Assembly (NCBI GenBank): GCA_965649765.1
Contig: OZ287750.1
Location: 103,602,001-103,666,000 of the forward strand
Origin: Bispira polyomma
Lineage: Eukaryota
Length of the DNA: 64,000 nucleotides
Reading direction: 5' to 3'
Made by a program: the position numbers and the translations under genes. Shown here in pieces: positions 25,366-37,894 of this stretch. The notes beneath the pieces were generated by a model. It worked only from the letters and a program-made list of their open reading frames with translations, was not told where the DNA came from and made no database searches. The first letter of the stretch is position 1, and each line of letters begins with the position of its first letter.

Positions 25366-25730
25366 CCAAAATTAAACTCAAGATACTTGTCTATATATAT
25401 ATAAAGTTAATGGCCCAGTATTGACCACTGGGGTACATCGTAAGTTGGCATAGTTCTACAGCATCAGTTCTACCAATTAGGTACAGTGCCAACCATTTCA
25501 ATGCATTATCTTTGATACCAGACTACTTTGTCTGTCAAACAGGATGGACTAATCACTGATGTCAAGAAGTGTAACTGCAGTGGCACTTCCCTTGGCTGAG
25601 TTTACAAAAGTTTGTTTTAGTTGTTTTAGTACACAATGCAGTAATAAGTCCTTAATGGATTTGAAGGATCAGGCAACAGCCCTTTCTACCTTTTAAAAAT
25701 GAAGATGATATCGACGTGCTATTTTTTCAG

Positions 25731-25752
25731 AGATGATGTTGTAAAGAGGGTG
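25731..25752 (+). CDS. Candidate 22-nt micro-exon (phase 2 to 0), DDVVKRV
   Basis: attttttcag|agatgatgttgtaaagagggtg|gtgaga; only this first array unit has GTGAGA at the donor position. Confidence 0.45.
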
Positions 25753-26920
25753 GTGAGATGTGTTTGTGTGTATAGGTGAGGGTATGACCCTTTAGAGAGG
25801 TTGGGTGGGATGTAAAGAGGGTGGTAACATGTATTTGTGTGTATAGGTGGGGGTATGACCCTTTAGAGAGGTTGGTTGGGATGTAAAGAGGGTGGTCACA
25901 TGTGTTTGTGTGTATAGATGAGGGTATGACCATTGAGAGGTTGGTTGGGGTGTAAAGAGGGTGGTAACATGTGTCTATGTGTATAGGTGAGGGTATGACC
26001 ATTGAGAGGTTGGGTGGGATGTAAAGAGGGTGGTAACATGTGTTTGTGTGTATAGGTGAGTGTATGACCCTTTAGAGATGTTGGGTGGGGTGTAAAGAAG
26101 GTGGTAACATGTGTTTGTGTATATAGGTGAGCGTATGACCCTTTAGAGAAGTTGAGTGGGGTGTAAAGAGGGTGGTAACATGTGTTTGTGTGTATAGGTG
26201 AGGGTATGACCCTTTAGAGAGGTTGGGAGGAGTGTAAAGAGGGTTGTAACATGTGTTTGTGTGTATAGTTGGGGGTATGACCCTTTAGAGGTTGGGTGGG
26301 ATATAAAGAGGGTTGTAACATGTGTTTGTGTGTATACATGGGGGTATGGCCCTTTAGAGAGGTTAGGTGGAGTGTAAAGAGTGTGGTCCCATGTGTTTGT
26401 GTGACTAGGTGAGGGTATGACCCTTTAGAGAGGTTGGGTGGAGTGTAAAGAGGGTGGTAACATGTGTTTGTGTGACTAGGTGAGGGTATGACCATTGAGA
26501 GGTTGGGCGGAGTGTAAAGAGGGTGGTAACATGTGTTTGTGTGTATAGGTGGGGGTATGACCATTCGGAGGCTGGGTCGGATAACATGTGTTTGTGTATA
26601 TAGGTGAGGGTATGACCCTTTAGAGAGGTTGGGTGGGATGTAAAGAGGGTGGTAACATGTGTTTGTGTGTATAGGTAAGGGTATGACCATTCAGAGAGGT
26701 TGGGTGAGATGTAAAGAGAGTGGTAACATGTGTCTGTGTGTATAGGTGAGGGTATGACCCTTTAGAGAGGTTGCGTTGGGTGTAAAAAGGGTGGTAACAT
26801 GTGTTTGTGTGTATATGTGGGGGTATGACCATTCAGAGAGGTTGGGTGGAGTGTAAAGAGGGTGGTAACATGTATCTGTGTGTATAGGTGAGGGTATGAT
26901 CATTCAGAGGTTGGGTGGAG
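25740..26920. repeat. ~71-bp minisatellite, ~16 copies, spanning the candidate donor
   Basis: Unit tgtaaagagggtggtaacatgtgtttgtgtgtataggtgagggtatgaccctttagagaggttgggtggga. Confidence 0.92.
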
Positions 26921-27624
26921 GGCAGGCGCACTATGATAGTTATTAGGATGGCCAAAATAGCGTGGTATTAAGACTTAATAGATAAGAACTTCTTCTACAG
27001 GAGAGAATGTGGTGATGAGTGTAGTCTAGATTTGTAAGATGTATGGTTGGAGTGACGAAACTACAAGTTTCTGTCACTGGAGACCTTTGAAGGATATCAT
27101 GTCAATATTTATGAAGTCAGAGAGTATATTTTTTATTTGTTGTTCATCTAATTTTGGAACACAATCAGATTTCACTTTTTTTCCTACAAACTGCATTTAG
27201 AGGCAGTTATGTGTCCAATGTTATTTTTACACTCCTAACCAGCAATCTGTTGATCAGGTCACTTCAAACTCAGGCTCAATTCGAACAGGTCTGTTTCATT
27301 ATTTTAGATATTAACAAAAATTAAACTTATTACACAACACAGTATCCATTAGAAAATGGACTTTCGTGTGGAATTACTTGACAAACTACCACTGTGTAGC
27401 ATCTCTTTAAATCCTGATACTACTCTTCACTATTGTATTTCTATTGACTTGACACGACTTGCCAGTTCACTTACACATAGATAGTCTAGACTGTACAGGA
27501 GATTGAACAGTCTGTTTGTCCTAAAATACTAGCAAAAACAGTTAGGTATGGTAAGGCATAAATATGGTAACTAAAATTGGAAAAGACTACTAAAACTTTA
27601 ATTCGTACAGCCAACATATTGTAT

Positions 27625-27915
27625 TTAGTGGATTTATATAGCGTTTTCTCTTAGTATCTGCACAGTGTTTACAGCCCTTACCGGGATTCTTCCACTTGTC
27701 AGCCAATTATTCACTCTCAGCTCTCTCAGGAAACATACTAGTTTTGCTGCCACATACGGCCGCAGACTAACACCCATTAGAGGCCAGGTACCCATTTATA
27801 CACCTGGGTGGAGAAGGGCAACTGTGTGAGAAGTACCTTGTCCAATGGTACCATCTCCTGGCCTGCAGCGAGGATCAAACCTGGGACCCTCAAATTCAAA
27901 GTCGGACGTTGGCAT
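27625..27915 (-). mobile_element. CORE-type tRNA SINE with L2-like tail, diverged
   Basis: Minus strand: B-box-like ggtttgatcc, ggacaaggtacttctcacacagttgcccttctccacccaggtgtataaatgggtacc, tail cgctatataaatc. Confidence 0.65.
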
Positions 27916-28489
27916 GTTTTCTAAGTGTGCAATTATACCTGACTTTAACGTTTGGTTTATTACAAGACTTTCACCCCCACCTATGGAGCATTCCATCATT
28001 AGGTGTGCTGTAGTGAGTTCTGAGACCCCCAGACAATTAGTAGATGAGTTCCCCTGGGTTGGGCTGAGGGGAAGTGAGAGGGGGCTTTAAATCCTGGTAA
28101 TGACCAGCAACAGGCGCAGTATGCAAGGAGATGTGTGGTTTGTGTTGGTGTTTAACTCTGTGCCATCCAAACATTGTCCCTGTGTGAAGTAGGTCCAGTA
28201 AGTGGGCGTATGTAAGTATGTATGGGGAGATGCAGTAAAGTGTGGACAATGGTACAGGGTTTGGACATTCAGTTATCACTTGGTGTGAATATTTAATAAT
28301 ATACAAAAACATACTGCTGTAAAACATAGGCAGAGTCTTCAAGGAACCATCGAGTTGTATTGATGTTAAATAAATAAGATTGTGTCTGTCCTCGGGCCTT
28401 TACTTTTTATATTACACACATCCCCCCAATACAGTTATCCATAATCACAACTCAACTCCCAAATGGTCCACAACAATCTGGGTCTACTT

Positions 28490-29285
28490 GCTGACTGTTT
28501 TTTTGTTAGTACAGGCTTGGATCAATTACTCCAAATTGAAATAAATCCTGACAAAACTAAATTTATTCTTATTTGTAATAAGAAACACTTAGTATGCAGG
28601 TCATAATTCCCCTTTACACAACTGACCAATGATATATAGTCGTCTGATAACATCATGAACCTTAATGTCACCATTGGCTCCACTGTCTCATTTGATACAC
28701 ATATCAGTAACATATGCCGCTCTTGTTACTATCACATTCATGACATTAAAAGAATCAGAAATCACTTTTCACTGGATACTGCCATAACTATGGCTAATTC
28801 CCTTGTTAGCAGCCGTCTAGACTGATTCAGTTCTCTTCTGCTAGGAGCATAAAAGTCTCATATAAACAAGTTGCAGTCAACTTAACTGTCTTTGTCTAGC
28901 CATTTTTCGACCGGAGATATGTACTGATGTCTCTCCATACCTCAAACAACTGCATTGTCTTCCAATTCACTATCGTGTTTTGTTTAAAATTCATGTAACT
29001 ACTTTCAAAGCTGTTATCTCTCAAGTGCCATCAATAACCATAAAAGGGGAAATATAGCTTCTGTTAAACCGACCAAGAGGGCTAGAACTAGATCTATTGC
29101 TGCCCCAATGTTGTGGAACAGTCTTTCTGTTGAACTTAGGTCATTCAAACACTTTTAGTAAAAAGCATCAAACTATCTCTTCCAACTCGCCTGCCACCCT
29201 TAGTTCCCTTCTTATTCCGTTGTTGTGCTGCATCAGATGTCTGGCATCAAAAAGGCACATCAAAAATCTATAATACAATACAAGT
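28490..29285 (+). mobile_element. L2 LINE 3' fragment
   Basis: INPDKTKFIL, CRSCYYHIHDIKRIR, HCLPIHYRVLFKI, LWNSL; same family as 11492-14350. Confidence 0.82.
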
Positions 29286-29294
29286 AACCATAAA

Positions 29295-29540
29295 TTGACA
29301 ATTAAATTGAATGATGATGAATAAGTCACCTAAAGGTCACCCCAAAAATTGGATTAATATTGAATGAATAACCTTCAAAGGACCTTCGTATTGAATGATA
29401 TTGTGGAAGCCACCTTCAAGGGACAGTCAAATTGAATGATGTTAAATAAATGACCTTGAAAGGACCATCAAATTGTATTGATCTTGAATAAATGCATTTT
29501 AATTGACAATCAAATTGTATCGATCTTCAATAAGTGAAAT
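29295..29540. repeat. Diverged ~40-bp tandem repeat
   Basis: aattgaatgat...aataaatgaccttcaaaggacc units. Confidence 0.6.
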
Positions 29541-30307
29541 CTACTTGACCACCAGCATATCACCTGTAACCAGTTGGCAGTGTGTCTTTATCACAAACCA
29601 TTTTTAAACGTCATCGCATTAGAATCTAATGTGGTCAATTATAAGGTTCTAGTTTAAAATGTAAACAACTAACACAAGAATAAATACATTTAGCAGTTGA
29701 CCCAGTAAATGTCTTTTTCATTGCTAAAATGTACCTATCATTTCGTAACAATCTCTGTAAATGACTTCGCCAGGAGTCAGCTCGGTCTATTAGGAATTGA
29801 TAGGAATTCCAATTACAAAAACAATTTCCAAATTTGGAAGTTTTGCAATGCTAATTGTGACTTCTTATTTTTTTAATGTACTCCTCACAAAAAGAAATGA
29901 GTTCAATTTTGTAATTCCATTGCCACTTGTATGGAGGTAATTACTTAACAACTGTGACAAAAATTGGACCATCTTTGGGAAACACAATACAGACTAAATG
30001 TACAAAAAAGTCACAAAAATTGGCATCTTTTGGGCATGAAGTCACGACTAAGTGCCATCCGAGCTGCAGTTGTTATACTGTATACATATCACTTAATGTG
30101 GACATTAGTTTGTATGTTGGCGTGGCAGTCAGTTTATCATTGTTAGTGACTGTCATTAGGTTAAGTAAAATAAGCTAGACAAATTTGAAGCATTTACACC
30201 TTATGTATTGTCACATTGATGATCAATCTTAATCATGAATTGAAACTTTTTTTCAGGGATTTATTTGTACTGTTGAAGTGTTCACTAATTATTTGACTTT
30301 TGATCTG

Positions 30308-30755
30308 AGAGGGGTCACCGACAGGGTTATTAGGAGGGATCACTTGTAGAGGTCACCGACAGGGTTGTTGAGAGGGATCACTGGTAGAGGTAACCGACAG
30401 GGTTATTGAGAGGGATCACTGGTAGGGATCACTGGGTGTTGATAGGGGTCACTGATAAGAATTACCGACAGGGTTATTGAGAGGGATCATTGAGAGGGGT
30501 CACTGGTAAGGGCTGATACAAATCACCGATAGGGTTATTGAGAGGGATCATTGAGAGGGGTCACTGGGTATTGAAAGGGGTCACTGATAAGAATCACCGA
30601 CAGGGCTATTGAGAGGGATCATTGAGAGGGGTCACTGGGTATTGATAGGGGTCACTGATAAGAATCACCGACAGGGTTATTGAGAGGGATCATTGAGAGG
30701 GGTCACTGGTAAGGGCTGATACAAATCACCGATAGGGTTATTGAGAGGGATCACT
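30308..30755. repeat. Compound minisatellite (38-78 bp units)
   Basis: accgacagggttattgagagggatca... repeated. Confidence 0.88.
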
Positions 30756-31049
30756 AAAAGCACACAAATATATATGCTTCAGTCTGTCTTTTGTGGGACA
30801 TGACAATATCTCAACAACCAATAACCAATTCCATTGTAGAGATTTGTAAACCATCACCCTCCCCTACACACGTACACACCTCAACTACCCCTGTCTGGAA
30901 ACTTAAGAATGATATGTTTAAACTCTTATATAAAAGAGGAGAGCCGTTCTTGATTGGCATTAAAGCCTTTACCTGTGGCAGGTGATCACGTTTTTATATC
31001 CTGATCTCTTTGTAATCAAATCACTGGAATAACTCACTTAACTGGTTTG

Positions 31050-31272
31050 TCTCTCAGTGTAATTACTTGACCTTCAGTGTAAATAATCGACTCTCACTGT
31101 AAATACTTGACTTTCACTGTAAATACTTGACCCTCACTGTAAATACTTGACTCTCAATGTAAATACTTGACCCTCACTGTAAATACTTGACTCTCACTGT
31201 AATTACTTGACTTTCACTGTAAATACTTGACTCTCACTGTAAATACTTATTTCTCACTGTAAATACTTGACT
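31050..31272. repeat. 20-bp minisatellite, ~11 copies
   Basis: Unit aaatacttgactctcactgt. Confidence 0.9.
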
Positions 31273-31377
31273 ACATTACATAGCAATAATTCAAAACAGA
31301 ACCCCTTTTTAAATATATCTTTCAAATGAGAAGAATCAGTCACTTTAACACTTGTTTCTTTTTCCAATACTATACAG

Positions 31378-31395
31378 AAATCCTTATCAGGAACG
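31378..31395 (+). CDS. Candidate 18-nt symmetric micro-exon (KSLSGT)
   Basis: Strong pyrimidine tract tttctttttccaatactatacag|aaatccttatcaggaacg|gtaaaa. Confidence 0.3.
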
Positions 31396-31859
31396 GTAAA
31401 AGGACCTGTGTTTTAGTTTCCAAGATGGGATAGTGTTACTGCTAAAATAGGTACATTACCCAGTGTCCCCAGGCGAGTGCACTCACCTCAAGTTTAGACT
31501 TTCTAAAAGATTTATTTGTTTCTATCACTCATTACCCAGAATCCCCCCTGTTCACTGTCTTAATTGGGCCGCTCAAGGTTTACACGGTTAACTGTTAGTG
31601 TGAGTGGGAACTGTAAGACAGTATTTCAAGGTCACTTGGGAGAAGATTAATGGACAACTGGTAAGAATAACTGTAAAGTTGGGTTTCAAAGTCAGACTAA
31701 CAAGACATATACTTATATCATTATGGAGTATTTACATGACACCAAATTGGTAACCCCATACATCCTCTACAGACGATTGTACTCGAATAGGGGCACACAC
31801 AGATACAGGTGCACATATAGACAAGGGGAGACATACAAAGATATATATACACATATAAA

Positions 31860-32660
31860 CACAAAGGGACAGACACAGAGGGACAGACACAGAAGGACAG
31901 ACACAGAGGGACAGACACAGAGGGACAGACACAGAGGGACAGCCACAGAGGGACAGATACAGAGGGACAGACACAGAGGGACAGACACAGAGGGACAGCC
32001 ACAGAGGGACAGACACAGAGGGACAGCCACAGAGGGACAGATACAGAGGGACAGATACAGAGGGACAGCCACAGAGGGACAGACACAGAGGGACAGATAC
32101 AGAGGGACAGATACAGAGGGACAGACACAGAGGGACAGACACAGAGGGACAGACACAGAGTGACGGACACGGAGGGACAGAACAGACACAGAGGGACAGA
32201 CACAGAGGGACAGATACAACACTGAGGGACCGATAGAGAGAGACAGATACAGAGGGACAGATAGAGAGGGACAGATAGAGAGGGACAGACACAGAGGGAC
32301 AGATAGAGAGGGACAGATACAGAGGGACAGATACAGATACAGAGGGACAGACACAGAGGGACAAATACAGAAGGACAGATAGAGAGGGACAGACACAAAG
32401 GGCCAGATACAGAGGGACAGATACAACACTGAGGGACAGATACAGATACCGACAGCCACACAGACATACAAATACAGAGATACATATACACACAGACAGA
32501 TGGGAGCACACAGAGAGACATAGAGAGACAGATACACATACAGATATAGACACACACAGCCACAAGTACAAACAGGTACAGACACATACACATAGCCACA
32601 CAAACACAGATAAATGCACATACACACATTCACACAGACAGAAATACACACAAACAAAAG
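31860..32660. repeat. 14-bp satellite (cagagggacagaca)n with degenerate CA/GA flanks
   Basis: Seen directly; it explains the three ~300-aa spurious ORFs. Confidence 0.95.
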
Positions 32661-32664
32661 GACA

Positions 32665-33773
32665 TACTGCTCAAGCATCAACTGTGACCCTTATGGTGTA
32701 GCTAGCTTTCCTGTGAACTGGTGGTTCAGATCCTAGTAGTACGTGTTAAGTAAGGGACTATATTGCTTAGTCATGCAAGGCCTCTGGATTGAGCTAGCAG
32801 GATCTTGTAAGTTAACCCGTCAACATGGTTACACCACTAGTTAAGGCTTAAGGTTAAGCTCCTGGACACTTTGTTTTAGCAGAAACAGACATTTACGTTA
32901 AGATTTTTAATTGTTCTTACACTTTACGTTATGTATAATGAATTAATTGTTTATATGCATTTTAACCGCTTACCTGCGTGTAAGTTTTATATCTACGTTA
33001 ATTTTAATGAAGTTGTTTTTATTATCACCGTATTGGCTGGTTGAACTCTAAATTTACTTCTCTCTTATGTAATAATTAATGATTATGTAAAACATTTAAC
33101 CAATTTTACTTATCACTCATTTCACATATTACCTTTGTCGTAAAACTGAAGTTAATCCTTAAGCTTAACAGTATTATGTAATTATACCTTTTTAAACGGA
33201 CTTCGGTCTGCTTTCTATTAAGTATCTCTATGTCAGGTCTAAATGATTATACTGTAAATGGCTCTCATCACTTTATTTAGCTACAGTACAGTAGCTTCAT
33301 ACTTAACCTAACTTTAAATACTTTTGTAGTTCAACTTAAACACTTGGGTACGCCCAGTCTTGTTACAGTACAGTAGCTACATCTTTAAAATACTTTTGTA
33401 GTTGTAACTTAACCACTTCGGTACGCCCAGTTTTGCTACAGTCGGTAGCTACATTAAATGTTCAATTTTATCCAAAATGTTCTCATTCATGTAAGGTCAC
33501 CTTATTTTTCAAATCTTTCGGGTTCAGGAATTACGAACGTAATTTACTCTAAGGTGACCTTTAGCTAATTTATTTATTATTCCTAATATTAAAAATTTAC
33601 TTAGGGGACCTTAAGTCATCCTAAGTTCTTGTTTAACTTTATCTAAGGTGACCTTGAGTCACCATGTACATAGTAGATTCTAACATGTAGTCTAATAAAT
33701 AAATTACCGCATTCTGTGTTTACTTACCTTGTTTTCGTGACCTCGGATCCTTTAGCCTGCTACCGGGGAACTG
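32665..33773 (+). mobile_element. 3' terminal fragment of a second Ngaro/PAT-like YR retroelement family
   Basis: Ends aataaataaattaccgca...gcctgctaccggggaactg and has a taaggtcacct/ggtgacctt inverted pair, matching the B repeat of 52927-59223. Confidence 0.62.
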
Positions 33774-33797
33774 AGATCCACACACACACAGAGGGAC

Positions 33798-34110
33798 ATA
33801 ATAATTATATTTCTATAGCACCAAGATTCAGATAAATGTCTGTTCCACGGCGCTTCTTTACAAATGGTAACAATTTACTTTTACACACATAGTCGTACAA
33901 CATATTTGTCAAGAAAGACAATAGTGGCACTAGGTTTGGCTATGGACTTTTCTAAATAAATCAATCTTTAATTTTGATTTAAAACTGTCAACAGAAACTA
34001 AGGTCTTGATGTTTTCAGTTAGAGAGTTCTATAGTAATTGTAATAAGACTTTTATAACACTTAATCTCCCCTTAACGAAGAGAACTCTAAGGCGCAACAG
34101 CACAAAAGAC
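33798..34110 (-). mobile_element. L2/CR1 3' end
   Basis: Minus strand L*NSLTENIKTLVSVDSFKSKLKIDLF and tail aagcgccgtggaac...gctatagaaat(ata)n. Confidence 0.65.
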
Positions 34111-34765
34111 AGTAATCCAATTTCAATTTTTGTGACGATGTTTATACACACGAAGCGGGGGCAAAAATCGATCACTTTTCTGGTAGGATATTCCTACCTA
34201 CTACTACGTAGATTTACTGTATGCTACTTACGGCTGCGTTCTGCTCCTCTTTCCTACGTAGTAAAACAATAATTATAGACAACGAATACAGACGAGTAGA
34301 GACGATCTCACTACTTACTGCTACATTATGCTATGTTATGCTACTTTTACAGATGAGTAGAGACGTTCTCAAGAAATGGAAAGCTCTGCCGTGATTATTT
34401 CAAACAGTTTGAAATATCAGTTGCAGAAGACCAAACGGAACATGACCTTTTTAATGAATTCTAAACGTGACTTTTGAGATTTGCTGGGAATTTGTTACTT
34501 CCAAAATGTCCCTACTTTGACCCGGCCACATGGTGTTTTTACTGTAAGCAGAGATTACTAACTCAGTCAGTAATGAGGTGGAGACAATTCTGAGGATGTA
34601 TTTTTGTCCCTCAGGGAAATACCACAAAGACCTGCTCCATTAACAACCCGTCTGTTAAATACTGGATAAATTCATGAAACTCCCACAGTGAGCCCAGTCT
34701 GTAAGATAATGAATAACTTTAAAAACTTCTTTACAATACTGGATAACCTTAAAAACTCCCAAAGT

Positions 34766-35648
34766 TGATGTCACTGCTAGCATAGCATGACAAGTCAGTG
34801 GCAAAAATTCCACACTTTACTGTAAACCCTCTCTTAAAATTGTTTACTTGGCTACCCCAATTAAACATCAGCACACTTAGGCTAAGCGACCAATTACCTT
34901 CCTTCATAGCATAGCTCTTCCCGCCTGTTCTTACAAATTTACCATTATTAAGTTGCAAGTCAAAGAAGCAACATACACATTTTTCTCCCAACCCTCCGCC
35001 CTAAAACATTATACTTTCCTCGGCTTACCACTGCCATCAACTCGAGCCTTTCTCTTTGTGGCCTCGAGTCCGTGTGGTGCTGGTTCTCGGCTCGCACCTT
35101 CCCCCTGGTGTGGGCTACCAGGGAATTCAGCTCTGCAGCCGAGAACCTTCACTGCTAGGCGATTAGGTGCCATAGGACCGGGGTTCCATCCTCAGAGTGG
35201 CTTTAGTTGGAGGCGTTGGTCAGCCGACCCATTATATTATATTTTGCATGCTCACGTAGATTCTAGATACACTCACCTTCAGTAGATCTATTCTACTTTA
35301 GCACTTCTTAACAGTCATCCTGGGTATTATCACTTATTTTCTTCTTAAAAGATCTTACTTTTTACTTTGTTCAGTCATCCTGAACATTTTTTACTTTATG
35401 TTTTTTTCTCTTTTCAGGGGCCATTTATGACCCCTCCTTTTTATTCTTGTTATTGTATGTAGCCATATTGGCATTTTAAATTTTTACACAAATATTACTT
35501 GTATAGTTGTACATAGAGACAGTAGATAGAAAATAAATATATCCCAAACAGCAACTGGTTTCCTCACCATCTATACTTACCTTTACCTATTCTTTGGTCA
35601 AGCTCCTTAACTTATTAACACTAACTTCTATCACCCAATTTTAGCTAC
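34766..35648 (+). mobile_element. Putative solo LTR
   Basis: Starts TG at the array break; AATAAA near 35532; 3' part homologous to the inverted neighbour. TSD not clean. Confidence 0.42.
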
Positions 35649-35663
35649 TGTGAGCCTCAGTCT

Positions 35664-36238
35664 ATTGCACAAGCTTGAAAGTTTTGACCTTTGATTAATC
35701 TAGGTCAAGGTTAAGGTTGGTTGTGTGAGTTTCACCTGGGATTAGTGGAAAACTCTGACGCTGTTTGGGATATTTATTTTAACATTAAATTGTCTCTATG
35801 TACTTCTAAACAGAATTTTAAGCAATGTTAAAAAATAAAAATAAATGCCACCATGGCTAAGTATAAAACACTAGGGCGATACAACCCTAGAATTAAGATA
35901 CAGAGCGAAAATACAATCCTAACTCAGGGTGGTAATGCAGTCCTGGTACAACAGTAAAGGAGATGTGGAGATAAAACCCCGAAATAGCAATGAATAAATA
36001 TAAAATAATATGAATACATTAGTAAATAGAGGAAGAGGACAGGTGGGTTAAATTTTTAATATGCTGGAGGGAATCTTCCTGTGGTAAACAATTTCTTTTG
36101 GGTGTGAGGGGTCTCCCTAATTAGCCAAGACTTGTTGTAAGGTGTATTGAGGTAAAGGTGTGATATTGTGCCTGAAGTAAGGGGGAGATATTGTTCCCTT
36201 AACTGAAGGGCCATGCAGTGCTTGCAGAGACTGCTACA
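35664..36238 (-). mobile_element. Putative solo LTR related to 34766-35648, opposite orientation
   Basis: Minus strand starts TGTAGCA; shares tagccat..tggcattt, gtacatagagaca and aaataaat..cccaaacagc; flanks gtct/ctct. Confidence 0.45.
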
Positions 36239-36809
36239 CTCTGTACAACACTGGATAACTTTAAAAACTCCCAAAGTGAGCGTCAGTCTGTACAACACTG
36301 AATAACCTTAAAAACCCCAAAGTGAGCCTCAGTCTGTACAATATTGAATAACCTTAAAACCCTAAAGTAAGCCTCAGTCCGTACAACATTGAATAACCTT
36401 AAAAAACCCCAAAGTGAGCCTCAGTCTGTACAATACTGAAAAAAGCTTAAAAACCCCAAAGTGAACCTCAGTCTGTACAGTATGGAATAACCTTAAAAAC
36501 CCCATAGTTGGCCTCAGTCTGTTTAATACTGAATAACCTTATAAAACCCCAAAGTGAGCCTCAGTCTGTACAATACGGAATAACCTTAAAAACCCCCATA
36601 GTTGGCCTCAGTCTGTTTAATACTTAATAACCTTAAAAATCCCAAAGTGGGCCGCAGTCTGTACAATACGGAATAGCCTTAAAAACAGAAAATGAGCCTC
36701 AGTTTGTACAATACTGAATAACTATAAAAACTCCCAAAATGAGCCTCAGTCTGTAAGAAAGTTGATAACTTTTAAAAAAAACAAGGTGGGACATTAGGAT
36801 ATGTTGATA

Positions 36810-37290
36810 GAAGACATTGACTAAGTGACATTAGGGGACATTGATTAGGAGACATAAACTAGGTGCTATTATGGGGAATTTACTAGGAGACCTTGACTAG
36901 GTGACATTAGGAGACATTAGGGGACATTAGATGACACTGACTAGGAGACGTCAAACGACATTGACTAGGGAGCACTATCTAGGCGATATTAAGATACATT
37001 GACTAGGTGAGATGAGGACACTGACTAGCAGAAGTCAAACGACATTGACTAGGGGACACTGACTAGCAGAAGTCAAACGACATTGACTAGGGGACACTAT
37101 CTAGGCTATATTAACATACATTGACTAGGTGAGATTAGGAGACATTAGGGAACACTGATTAGGAGACATCAGACATCATTGACTAGGGGACACTGACTAG
37201 GAGACGTCACACGTCATTGACTACCTTCCTTTGACTAGGAGACATTTTTAGACACTAACTAGGCGATATAGGTGACATCGACTAGGTTAC
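36810..37290. repeat. Degenerate short-unit satellite
   Basis: gacattgactagg motifs. Confidence 0.8.
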
Positions 37291-37894
37291 ATTAAAGGAT
37301 ATTATCCAGAGGCCTTAGGTATATAGGAAACTGATCAAACAATTTTCTGTAAAACAACTTGAGTGAGCCACATCAAAGTAATGAACAACCTGCCTTAGTT
37401 CTCTTTAGTCTAATGCTTACTTTAACTGTGGACAGTAAAAAACATTAATTTTATGTCTGATGTGTAAAACCGTTATTGTAAATGATCCCACAGTGAAGTG
37501 ACAACAACAATCAGTCAGTAAAACATTTTACTACCATATCAAATGACACATGTTTTAAGTTAACCCATAGAGCACTCTAATTTAATGACTGGTTTAAATA
37601 CATTGTCACTATCTGTTATACTCTCAGCCTTGCAACACATCAATTAATACTCAATGCTACTTGAACATTTAATCGAGTGTTTCTTTAGTTCAGTAATTTA
37701 CTGACAAAGTGTCCATCTATTATACATAGGCTGGCGGTATTGTGTGAGGATCTCTAGACAAGATGTCATGCAGGTGTCTGGTGGGTCCTCAATCTATGAG
37801 TAAAACCCTGGAAGTAACTGTGTCAGTGGTAGTATCAAGATCAGCCAAATATCAGCTGAAACAGTGAAGTAGTGTAATATCGCTCAAACTAATC

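Larger units (their letters stand above)
34645..36780. repeat. ~46-bp minisatellite interrupted by two insertions
   Basis: Unit cccaaagtgagcctcagtctgtacaatactgaataaccttaaaaac at 34645-34765, 35650-35663 and 36239-36780. Confidence 0.85.

Noticed and set aside
31721-32681. Three ~300-aa Cys/Ser/Val-rich ORFs
   Set aside because: All minus-strand frames are open because the region is a stop-free 14-bp satellite.
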